From NCBI GenBank assembly GCA_002269645.1, contig NIVC01002244.1:62001-126000 (forward strand): a stretch of DNA of 64,000 nt, in the 5' to 3' direction. Below are positions 11,975-23,034 of this stretch, piece by piece. The position numbers and the translations under genes are program-made. This DNA is from Macrostomum lignano (taxonomy: Eukaryota). Positions within the stretch are counted from its first letter, which is position 1; the number at the start of each line of letters is the position of its first letter. Under the pieces are notes generated by a model, which worked only from the letters and a program-made list of their open reading frames with translations, searched no databases and was not told the origin of the DNA.

Positions 11975-14892
11975 TTAAGCGGAGGCTTCTTGCGGTGTGG
12001 CAACTGCTGCTTCGTCCGAAGCCGAGCGGCAGCGAGCGCAGCGCCTGCGGAGCCACACAGACAGCACGACAATTCCGGCGATGCCCAATATGATGCCAAC
12101 GAGGGCCGCGATACCTGCCGGAGACGGAGAGGCGGACTCCGAAGTGGACTCCTGAGCAGAGCTGTAGGGCGCCGATTCGGCATCAGAACTGCTGCTGCTG
12201 CTGCTGTTGTAGCTGCTGCTACTGTCGATTGAGCTGGTTTCGTCATCGCTCGAAGCTGAGCCGAAGAAGCCGAGGAAGCGCCACACGTGCTGTGTGATAT
12301 TAAAGGACCAACGCCAGCCGTGATGTTTCACGACAGTGACGGGATGCTCGACCAACTCATAGTCGGGCTCCTCGAATGGCGGGCGCCTCACTTGAATCTG
12401 GGCGAGCCCGGAGCGACCTTTCACGCACTGCATGATTGCGCAGCCGTCGACCGTGTCCAGAGTCACTTGGCTGAATTCTTTCGGGCAGTGCTTCGGCGCA
12501 TCCAGACCTCCGCTTGTCTCCGACAGCGGGTTGCCCGAGTCGCAGGAAAAAAACCCGGCGAACGGGATTCTGCCGCGAGAAGCCCTGCTCAGGTCCATAC
12601 TCAGGCACAGGTAGATGTCGCGTCCGACCTTGTAGGGCCGGAAGTGCTCCGGACACTCTTTGCTCTGCGTGATGTCGTTGAGGAATCGTCCGTCCGCAGC
12701 GTAGGCGCCTGCGTAGAACATGCCGGGGTTGGAGATCAGCTTCGAAGTGCGACGAGCAGTGCACCAGTAGGCAGTCAGGACGGTGTACGAGTCGACGCAT
12801 TGGGTTCGCTCTTCGTGGTGAACGCACCAGATAAACCAGGAAGTGCAATGCTTCGTCTTCCAGCAGCGCTTGCTGTTGCGGCCAACGGTCGAAAGAAGCT
12901 TCACCTGGAAAAGCAACACTTTACGGATCGTTAAGTAGCCTGAAACGGTCCGCTGGTAGGACAGAGTGTTATTGAGAAGCAGAAAGTTGTACCCTACACT
13001 TAAATCGAACTACTCGTAAGTACAAATGTAGCTAGATTTACTCGAGGGGCCGTAGCCCAGTGGTGCCCAGCGCGGCGCTCTGATGTGCCAGCGGCCTGGG
13101 CTCGATTCCAAGTGCAGTCGCATTAACTTAGGGCTAAATTGGAATCTCGGCTTGGGTCTGCTCGAGCAATAAACACCCTTGAGGGCCAACCTCCAAGGCA
13201 AAATGAAGTGTACAGGCCTAACAATAAATAAAGTTTGGGCCGCTGTACACTCCTGTGCTGTGCGTATGACTTCATATGTATGATGCGCTTGTGTGCTTGC
13301 TCAGGGGAGTCGGCGGAATGGGCAGTAATGCCGCCTCTCTTAAAGTGAGCCAGGGTGCACACAACCCTCTGCCTCTAACTGAAAAAGCTAAATTTACTCA
13401 CCGGCTCATACCCAACTGGACACCTGGTCCCGCCCGTGATGGGGTTGAGCAGAACGCCGCTGCCTGCACCGGAGCACAGGTTGAAGCCCGCGCGGGGTTC
13501 GACTCCCAGCACTGCTGATAGACGCCAGCGAAGCTGAAGTTGGTGCCAGGAGCCTCGCACTGGCCGGCTGTATTGGCGATGGGGTCAAAGTTTCTCGAAT
13601 TCGGGTCCAGACAGCCCTTGACGGTGTTGGCCTTGTAGTAGCTGAAATCAGTCATGGCAAACCTTCTTTTGAGCAGCATTCTTTTGAGCATGCTTGAAAA
13701 GCTTCTCATTCGTAGATGCTCGGTAATACTTACCGCATTACGGCATCCTCGATCTCCTTCCGCAGCTTCAACATGTGCGTCATGGGCAGGTTCGGAAGGG
13801 AGCGCCTGTTGACCACGCTGTACAGCGGCTCGCCATTGCGATCGATCGGCACCAGATTCTCGTGTAAAGACTTGATCCAGTCGTCCAGCTTCGGGTTCGA
13901 ACCAAGGACTGGTCCGCCCGAAGTTCGTAAAATCATTTTGCGAATGCTATTCTTGTACTTGGTGACTTCTTCATTCGTCACGGAAACACCGATGCTAATA
14001 TTGGAGCTGAAAAAACGAAGAAAGCTGAAGCTTGCTGCTGCTGAAAACTTGTTCTGCATGAAGTTCGAGTCGTCGATGGAACGAGAATTAAAGAAGTCCA
14101 GCTTTTCAAGAATGCCTCCAGCCTCTACAGAGGTGATCACGTGGGTTCCGAAGTCCCGGACGATTAGATCGGACAGGTATCGAGCCAGCTTTGTTTGATT
14201 GTTCACCAGCGCGTTCATCACTTCCGTCAAGCGATTGGTGAGCGCTGCAGACAGCTTGAAGTCTGGTTGAAGCTTCGAAGAGTAGAGTCGGTAACGAAGC
14301 TGAGACCTGCCAATATCCAGTTTGTTCTGCACCGCGACCTTCTTCACCTGTTGAAACTCGTTAGACAGTTTTCCGCCAATCCTAAATGCAGCGATTTTTC
14401 CACTGGCTTCTAGATTGATCGAGACGCTTAGCGAGCTGGTATAGTTGCTAAAGTGGTCAATCACTTCGGACATCACCTCTATGTTGGACTCCTTTCTCGG
14501 GTACAGAATCACATTCTTCGGCAGAACGTACATGCCGTCATCTGACAGGGCGCAGTCTGTAAACGACAGGTCGGCTACGAGACCCATGTCCTTGTTTCTC
14601 AGGTTGTCCCAGCCGCCACCTGTCAATCAAGAAGATGAGGTTTTCATTTTCCATCTTAGAAAAACAGCAAGGTAAAACGCTTGCCAACACAAAATATTTC
14701 AAGTGTCAAAAAATCTCGTTAATTACCTGGCATCGAAGAGAACCGAGTGATCGAGCTTCCGCTATTAAGCAGCCACACGCACCTGTTGCTGCCATCCGAG
14801 GCGGGCAAGCTCTGATTGAGGTTGCTAACTGGTGCAGCCCCAATGCAACAGCAAAGACCAGCGAGGATCGAAAGAACCAACGGCAGTTGCAT
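11975..14892 (-). pseudogene. MPEG1: MPEG1/perforin-2-like copy A (exons 14892-14727, 14619-13734, 13641-13402, 12904-11975); 1-nt deletion in exon 3 gives a 431-aa truncated product or a pseudogene
   Basis: Signal peptide; MPGGGWDNLRNKDMG; MACPF motif DFGTHVITSVEAGG; EGF-like [14 protein letters not shown]; P2 motifs GFFSCDSGNPL and CPKEFSQ; TM helix. Exon 3 is 240 nt versus 241 nt in intact copy C (frameshift at ~13489-13493). Confidence 0.88.
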
Positions 14893-15272
14893 TCCGGCGA
14901 GTCAGTGTTGGTGAAGCCAAATTGCTTTCCTGTCTCAGTCTGCAGGCTCTCGCTCTGCCCGATTTCCTGCCGAGATCCCACAATCGCTTCTCATATAAAT
15001 ACTAAAGTCAAGAGGGCCGTGTTTCTATCTTTAGTTTCCGCTTAAATATCAAATTCAGCAGATCGAGCTTGTTTCTATCTTTAGCATCTGGGTGACACCA
15101 TTGTTTGCGGACTTTCTTCTCACCCAACAATGCATTAAATTAAATTGTACGAGCGTAGCTTCTTGTTTCTATGTTTAGCAGTTTCAAACAGAAGGTGAAC
15201 TTATTGCCTCCATCAAAATACGAATGTCTAAACTTAGCAACAAATGCAAAACACAGTGCGGTACTCGTAGAC

Positions 15273-17206
15273 CATGCGTGGCGAGCACGCTGCCATTGAT
15301 AAGAATGCAGACCCCAAAACCGGAGAGACCGTCTTTTAGGGATCCGTCTGTGTAGCAGTGGACCTCCTGGGGATTCCAGTGGTCGTTAGCCTCCTCACGG
15401 GGAGGAAGACTGACCTTGAATCGAAGACAGAGGTTGAGCGTGCGGGGTTCCCCGTCCGAAAGGACGTTGAGACCTCCGCTCTCCTGAAATCTTGAGACAG
15501 AGGTCGGAATGAGGCAGAAGCTTGCGCTTAGCCATTGCCCTCTGGGGCTTGAGAGTAATGCCGGTGTTGATGAGACGCCGGGCTGCCTTGACCGCCTCAC
15601 TGCGGACGAAAATGTCCATCGGAGGCCAAGGAGGCCAAGGAGGTCAAGGAAGGCGTTGAGGCCGTCGAATGGAGCAGAGGGCGGGGCGCTCATTATCATT
15701 CGACAAGCGCGCCCCTGCACTCGTTTAAGAGCCTCGAAGCAGGTCTTAATCTGCAGGGCACTCGCCCAGATCAGTCCGGCGTAGGAGATCGCCGGCCTGA
15801 CCATAGCAGTGTAGATCCACCAGAGGCGTTTAGGGGTAAGGCCCCAAGTAGTGCCAACGGGCCTGCGCGATTGCGCCAGGATCGCGAAGGCCTTTTTAGT
15901 CTTGGCATGAACATGCGGGGACCAGTTCAGCCTGTGATCAAGGGTGACCCCAAGATACTTGACTTGCTTACGGAAGGGATTTCCTGTCCGTAGAGCGTGA
16001 GATTGCGGGATTGCCATTTCGTCCTGCTGGTGAACATGACCACAGCGGTCTTAGTCTCGGAGAGCTTCAGACCGCATCGGTCCGCCCAGCGTTCAGCAGT
16101 GTTAATGAAGTTCTGAAGGAGATCACGTAGGGTGTCTGGCGATGGCCCAGAGGCTACCGCCGTGACATCGTTCGCATAACCGACCTTCAGAATAGGGTTA
16201 GGACAGGCGTCCCGTAGAAGCTCGTCAATAACCATGTTCCAGAGAATTGGAGAGAGGACTGCTTGAATTGAACTGAATTGAATTGAATTGCTTCAAGGTA
16301 GGCGGTCTGGTCCATTTGGCGTTTAGATTTGGTGGCCCTGCGGTGTAACCGTTTGGCTTTGCGGCGGAGGTCGCCAAGCTTGGGGTTCCACCACGGGGCC
16401 GAAGTTTTGCCCCTGTAGGCTTCGAAGGCAGGAGGCCTCGAAAGCGGAGGTTAGCGAATCCGTGAGAACAGCCGCATAAACCTCCGTTTCTTGGCAAGAG
16501 TCAATGGAGGTCGGAAAGCAGGAGTTCCAAAGGGTTGAATCCAGGATGAACCTGAAAGCCTCCCAATCGGTGTTCCTGGCATTCCGTCTCCAGATGATAT
16601 GGTCATTGCGTTGTGCGCTGGCCACGTGAAAGGAGTTGAGCTTGTGGTCAGAGAGAGACGCCACAGGAAGGACCTGCCACTCATCAATCCTCTGGTAGAG
16701 TCTTGGTGTGGCAAGTGTGGCATCAATGACCTCCGCCCAACGCCCGTTATCAAAAGTAGGGGTTTTGCCTGAGTTGCAGAACTCAAGCGTGGTGGAGGCA
16801 ACATAAATCAGGAGGTCTTCACCTCTCTGATTAATGTTTGTGCTGCCCCAGTGAGTTGGTGAGCATTTATATCGCCAGCAACCATTAGCTTGTAGTTTCT
16901 GGCAGAACAAAGTTCCACCAGTGAGATAAGCTCCTCCGAGACAACAGCCTTGTCGCCCGGTAAGTAAACCGAGGTGATCAGGGTCGAGATTTCAGGAGAG
17001 CGGAGGTCTCAACGTCCTTTCGGACGGGGAACCCCGCACGCTCAACCTCTGTCTTCGATTCAAGGTCAGTCTTCCTCCCCGTGAGGAGGCTAACGACCAC
17101 TGGAATCCCCAGGAGGTCCACTGCTACACAGACGGATCCCTAAAAGACGGTCTCTCCGGTTTTGGGGTCTGCATTCTTATCAATGGCAGCGTGCTCGCCA
17201 CGCATG
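15273..17206 (-). mobile_element. Rearranged non-LTR retrotransposon fragment (APE endonuclease-RT-RNase H; LOA/R1-like); RNase H end duplicated in inverted orientation at 16987-17206
   Basis: Endonuclease LITSVYLP..VAGDINAH, WGSTNINQRGE, SDHKL; RT LSPILWN..GYANDV, KYLGVTLDHRLNW, TWGLTPKRLWWIYTAMVRP; RNase H CYTDGS. Frameshifts and an internal deletion. Confidence 0.9.
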
Positions 17207-17586
17207 GTCTACGAGTACCGCACTGTGTTTTGCATTTGTTGCTAAGTTTAGACATTCGTATTTTGATGGAGGCAATAAGTTCACCTTCTGTTTGAAACTG
17301 CTAAACATAGAAACAAGAAGCTACGCTCGTACAATTGAATTTAATGCATTGTTGGGTGAGAAGAAAGTCCGCAAACAATGGTGTCACCCAGATGCTAAAG
17401 ATAGAAACAAGCTCGATCTGCTGAATTTGATATTTAAGCGGAAACTAAAGATAGAAACACGGCCCTCTTGACTTTAGTATTTATATGAGAAGCGATTGTG
17501 GGATCTCGGCAGGAAATCGGGCAGAGCGAGAGCCTGCAGACTGAGACAGGAAAGCAATTTGGCTTCACCAACACTGACTCGCCGGA

Positions 17587-20504
17587 ATGCAACTGCCGTT
17601 GGTTCTTTCGATCCTCGCTGGTCTTTGCTGTTGCATTGGGGCTGCACCAGTTAGCAACCTCAATCAGAGCTTGCCCGCCTCGGATGGCAGCAACAGGTGC
17701 GTGTGGCTGCTTAATAGCGGAAGCTCGATCACTCGGTTCTCTTCGATGCCAGGTAATTAACGAGATTTTTTGACACTTGAAATATTTTGTGTTGGCAAGC
17801 GTTTTACCTTGCTGTTTTTCTAAGATGGAAAATGAAAACCTCATCTTCTTGATTGACAGGTGGCGGCTGGGACAACCTGAGAAACAAGGACATGGGTCTC
17901 GTAGCCGACCTGTCGTTTACAGACTGCGCCCTGTCAGATGACGGCATGTACGTTCTGCCGAAGAATGTGATTCTGTACCCGAGAAAGGAGTCCAACATAG
18001 AGGTGATGTCCGAAGTGATTGACCACTTTAGCAACTATACCAGCTCGCTAAGCGTCTCGATCAATCTAGAAGCCAGTGGAAAAATCGCTGCATTTAGGAT
18101 TGGCGGAAAACTGTCTAACGAGTTTCAACAGGTGAAGAAGGTCGCGGTGCAGAACAAACTGGATATTGGCAGGTCTCAGCTTCGTTACCGACTCTACTCT
18201 TCGAAGCTTCAACCAGACTTCAAGCTGTCTGCAGCGCTCACCAATCGCTTGACGGAAGTGATGAACGCGCTGGTGAACAATCAAACAAAGCTGGCTCGAT
18301 ACCTGTCCGATCTAATCGTCCGGGACTTCGGAACCCACGTGATCACCTCTGTAGAGGCTGGAGGCATTCTTGAAAAGCTGGACTTCTTTAATTCTCGTTC
18401 CATCGACGACTCGAACTTCATGCAGAACAAGTTTTCAGCAGCAGCAAGCTTCAGCTTTCTTCGTTTTTTCAGCTCCAATATTAGCATCGGTGTTTCCGTG
18501 ACGAATGAAGAAGTCACCAAGTACAAGAATAGCATTCGCAAAATGATTTTACGAACTTCGGGCGGACCAGTCCTTGGTTCGAACCCGAAGCTGGACGACT
18601 GGATCAAGTCTTTACACGAGAATCTGGTGCCGATCGATCGCAATGGCGAGCCGCTGTACAGCGTGGTCAACAGGCGCTCCCTTCCGAACCTGCCCATGAC
18701 GCACATGTTGAAGCTGCGGAAGGAGATCGAGGATGCCGTAATGCGGTAAGTATTACCGAGCATCTACGAATGAGAAGCTTTTCAAGCATGCTCAAAAGAA
18801 TGCTGCTCAAAAGAAGGTTTGCCATGACTGATTTCAGCTACTACAAGGCCAACACCGTCAAGGGCTGTCTGGACCCGAATTCGAGAAACTTTGACCCCAT
18901 CGCCAATACAGCCGGCCAGTGCGAGGCTCCTGGCACCAACTTCAGCTTCGCTGGCGTCTATCAGCAGTGCTGGGAGTCGAACCCCGCGCGGGCTTCAACC
19001 TGTGCTCCGGTGCAGGCAGCGGCGTTCTGCTCAACCCCATCACGGGCGGGACCAGGTGTCCAGTTGGGTATGAGCCGGTGAGTAAATTTAGCTTTTTCAG
19101 TTAGAGGCAGAGGGTTGTGTGCACCCTGGCTCACTTTAAGAGAGGCGGCATTACTGCCCATTCCGCCGACTCCCCTGAGCAAGCACACAAGCGCATCATA
19201 CATATGAAGTCATACGCACAGCACAGGAGTGTACAGCGGCCCAAACTTTATTTATTGTTAGGCCTGTACACTTCATTTTGCCTTGGAGGTTGGCCCTCAA
19301 GGGTGTTTATTGCTCGAGCAGACCCAAGCCGAGATTCCAATTTAGCCCTAAGTTAATGCGACTGCACTTGGAATCGAGCCCAGGCCGCTGGCACATCAGA
19401 GCGCCGCGCTGGGCACCACTGGGCTACGGCCCCTCGAGTAAATCTAGCTACATTTGTACTTACGAGTAGTTCGATTTAAGTGTAGGGTACAACTTTCTGC
19501 TTCTCAATAACACTCTGTCCTACCAGCGGACCGTTTCAGGCTACTTAACGATCCGTAAAGTGTTGCTTTTCCAGGTGAAGCTTCTTTCGACCGTTGGCCG
19601 CAACAGCAAGCGCTGCTGGAAGACGAAGCATTGCACTTCCTGGTTTATCTGGTGCGTTCACCACGAAGAGCGAACCCAATGCGTCGACTCGTACACCGTC
19701 CTGACTGCCTACTGGTGCACTGCTCGTCGCACTTCGAAGCTGATCTCCAACCCCGGCATGTTCTACGCAGGCGCCTACGCTGCGGACGGACGATTCCTCA
19801 ACAACATCACGCAGAGCAAAGAGTGTCCGGAGCACTTCCGGCCCTACAAGGTCGGACGCGACATCTACCTGTGTCTGAGTATGGACCTGAACAGGGCTGC
19901 TCGCGGCAGAATCCCGTTCGCCGGGTTTTTTTCCTGCGACTCGGGCAACCCGCTGTCGGAGACAAGCGGAGGTCTGGATGCGCCGAAGCACTGCCCGAAA
20001 GAATTCAGCCAAGTGACTCTGGACACGGTCGACGGCTGCGCAATCATGCAGTGCGTGAAGGGTCGCTCCGGGCTCGCCCAGATTCAAGTGAGGCGCCCGC
20101 CATTCGAGGAGCCCGACTATGAGTTGGTCGAGCATCCCGTCACTGTCGTGAAACATCACGGCTGGCGTTGGTCCTTTAATATCACACAGCACGTGTGGCG
20201 CTTCCTCGGCTTCTTCGGCTCAGCTTCGAGCGATGACGAAACCAGCTCAATCGACAGTAGCAGCAGCTACAACAGCAGCAGCAGCAGCAGTTCTGATGCC
20301 GAATCGGCGCCCTACAGCTCTGCTCAGGAGTCCACTTCGGAGTCCGCCTCTCCGTCTCCGGCAGGTATCGCGGCCCTCGTTGGCATCATATTGGGCATCG
20401 CCGGAATTGTCGTGCTGTCTGTGTGGCTCCGCAGGCGCTGCGCTCGCTGCCGCTCGGCTTCGGACGAAGCAGCAGTTGCCACACCGCAAGAAGCCTCCGC
20501 TTAA
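17587..20504 (+). pseudogene. MPEG1: MPEG1/perforin-2-like copy B (exons 17587-17752, 17860-18745, 18838-19077, 19575-20504); same exon 3 frameshift as copy A
   Basis: Mirror of copy A with canonical GT-AG sites. Versus copy C, GAACCCC-GCGCG-GGC replaces GAACCCC-GGGGCG-GGC (~18986-18990). The spliced frame hits TGA at 19576-19578. Confidence 0.88.
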
Positions 20505-21844
20505 TCGCTGGAGCAACGCGATGGCTCTGAGACAGTCGCTGATGCAGAGGCTGAGACTCGAGGACGTGCTTTTTTATTTACTTAATTTTGTAAATGACCG
20601 TCTCTAGGAATCTGATATTTACGACAAGCCTATTGGAGCACTCATTATGTCGTAAAATTCACATTCATACACAGGCACATTCATACACATGTTCATTTGA
20701 CATAATTGCACAGTACAACGCGCTTTTCTTCAATGTACATCGAGCATATATTAACTTAACCGTCACAATCTCGAATTTGATTTGCTACATTGTGTAAGCA
20801 TTTTATTGTTTACTTTTTTGAATCGGAGCGTTTGTTCTTAGAAAATTCTTAATATCCTTTAGACTCGTATTTCCCAGGTGATCACGACTATACTGCTTGT
20901 TATCTATCATCAGAGACACACAATTTTTAAATCCACATATACGTGCAGTATGATTTCAAGCCCATGAGAATTGCTATAACTACTGTACGAGTGTATTACA
21001 ATACACTCGTAAATGTGTATTGTAAAATCCCGATTTGCGAGACCTGGTTCTGTTTTTCCTGCTTGCAATCTTAAGTGTAACCATTTTAAACTTGCGTATA
21101 TCAAATATATAAAAACTATGCAGCTATAAATGTCAATATCTAAAAACATAATCATTATAACAAAGTTTGAGGCCTAACTTTCTACGAGTGGCCACTCCTT
21201 GAAACAGGGACTTTTCGCTTGGCTTGAAATATGAATCTGAAAGATAAAATAAAATTTTAGGGTTCTTACGGATATTATATTTAAAGTTTCAGAATTGTAA
21301 CAACACTCTGGAACTGAAATCAAAATGCACGTACGTTTAGACAATTTTTACGGCAATTCTGGCTACCAATGTGGATTGTAGCAACCCTCTGTATGTCAAA
21401 TATTTTTTAATACGCGCAAATCATATTTTGAACCCATGGAAAACAATGTTATGAAAATGTATCCTAACAGTTCGAACCTGCACATAAGAGTGCCATTTCC
21501 AGATAATTTCAACAAAACGCATGCTTCTTTGATGAGTCCAAGTTTGTGGACTAAAATGATTGTCACTTCTTTTTATTGAATCCCAAGGTCTCTTTTGGCT
21601 CTTACGTCTCAGGTGATACCGAAGTTTGAGTACTGATTCCGTGTTTTACTGCTTGTAAAGCCTAGATGTACGTGCCTTATGCATCCATGCAACCATAATA
21701 GTGTTCCTCTAACTACTCAACGTATACCGGTATATGGTAAAAATGTAAAGTTTGAGACTGAAACTTTGAGATAAATATAAAATCTGTCAATTATTTTGGT
21801 ATCTTCAAGTTGAATTGTCTTTAAGACTGACAGTGTTGGTCAGT

Positions 21845-22320
21845 TTTTTAGCATTCGGGCGGCGCTGTTCCAGGCGGTGATCGATACCGTCCTGCTCTAC
21901 AACGCCGAGACCTGGACGCTGACGGAGTCGCTCGAGCAGCAAGTTGACGCGGTGTACGCTGGCCTGCTGCGCGCCGCCTTCAAGATCGGCTACGAGCGAG
22001 TGACCAACGCGGCTTTGTATCTCCGCGCCGGCCTGGTCCGTCCAAGCGACCTGCTGCGCCGTCGGCGACCCCAGCTGGCAGGCCACATCATCCGCGCTGA
22101 GTCGTACTGCTCAGAGCCGGTGCAGGAGGTGCTGCTGCTAACGCTGCAGGCACCCTACCGGCGGGGGCAGGCGCGCACTCGGCGTTTCGTCGACTGCCTG
22201 CTGGCTGACGCCGGCGTCCCGGATTCGGCCGGCGGCGTGGCGTTCATTCGCGACCTGGCCTTGAAGCGCGCCCTGTGACGCTAACTGCGTATTCTTTTGT
22301 TGTTGTTGTTGTTGTTGTTG
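21845..22320 (+). mobile_element. 5'-truncated RTE-like LINE 3' end with (GTT)n tail
   Basis: ALFQAVIDTVLLYNAETWTLT..LRRRRPQLAGHIIR, stop at 22278, then a TTG microsatellite tail. Related fragments at ~25020-25140(-) and ~36378-36520(-). Confidence 0.8.
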
Positions 22321-22339
22321 ATACTGCCAACGATCCCTT

Positions 22340-22625
22340 ACTTGTTTCACGGCGGATGCTTCTTAAGCCACTCCCATAGAGCTTCGCTTCACTGGGGTGT
22401 TCGCTAAGGCTTCACCTGCTGCGAGCCTTCGTACACACTCTTCATTCTCTTGTGTCTCCACTCGGACCTGTGCTTGCTGCGTCTCCGGGCTGCCTTGACG
22501 ACCAGGCTGGCCAGTACTCCGACTTCCTCAACGCACTCCTTGACCGCGGCATCCGCCACCTCATCCGCCAACTCATTACCGGTGATTCCGCAGTGGCTTG
22601 GGCGACGATGCAGTACAAAATAACT
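22340..22625 (-). mobile_element. LINE RNase H C-terminal fragment (I/Ingi-like)
   Basis: Minus-strand translation PSHCGITGNELADEVADAAV matches the RNase H motif PSHxGIxGNExAD. Confidence 0.7.
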
Positions 22626-23034
22626 GCGGAAGCTGAATAACTTGATCTCAAAACGTCAAAACCTTTCGGGTGTTGAACAAAATACCGAGGCAAAAATCCA
22701 TCAGCTTTGAATTTGATCATCATACTTCACAGAGCATATCAAGAAGAAATTTATTTTAAATGTATTTATATATATATTTCATTCTGAAATTAAATTTATT
22801 ATCTTCCTTCGGGATATTGAATACCTGTGTGAAATATGCTCTTATGCATTCAAAATAAGGGCATTAATATACCTCCTAATCAATGCTTTAGTCACGAATT
22901 TTTAATTGCAAAACGCAAACTTATTTCGTCACATTCGACTACTAATAAAATTTTTATAAGTTTTTAACCCACTAAAATTTTGATTACTTAGATCAATAAA
23001 CTGTTGAGTTGAGCAATAGTTCCTGTTGCTGTCT

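Larger units (their letters stand above)
11302..21179. repeat. Large inverted duplication (palindrome): arms 11302-15492 and 16987-21179, spacer 15493-16986
   Basis: ORFs mirror exactly (coordinate sum 32479 for 13730/18749, 11975/20504 and 14626/17853). Arms are reverse complements with only scattered SNPs and a 2-bp indel. Confidence 0.97.

Noticed and set aside
12287-12934. Antisense and overlapping ORFs across MPEG1 exons (also 19545-20192, 37518-38180, 38520-39167)
   Set aside because: Shadow ORFs of GC-rich coding sequence with no recognisable motifs.
19520-19581. Alternative 3' splice sites that might rescue the A/B frameshift
   Set aside because: AGs ending at 19526, 19539, 19560 and 19580 shift the exon start by +48, +35, +14 and -6 nt. 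None is 1 mod 3, so none restores the frame.
20133-20219. HGWRW..W.F.GF module as a novel domain
   Set aside because: It appears to correspond to the two-Trp linker/C-terminal tail of vertebrate MPEG1 (recalled, not aligned), so it is probably not novel. Only its loss in copy D is reported.
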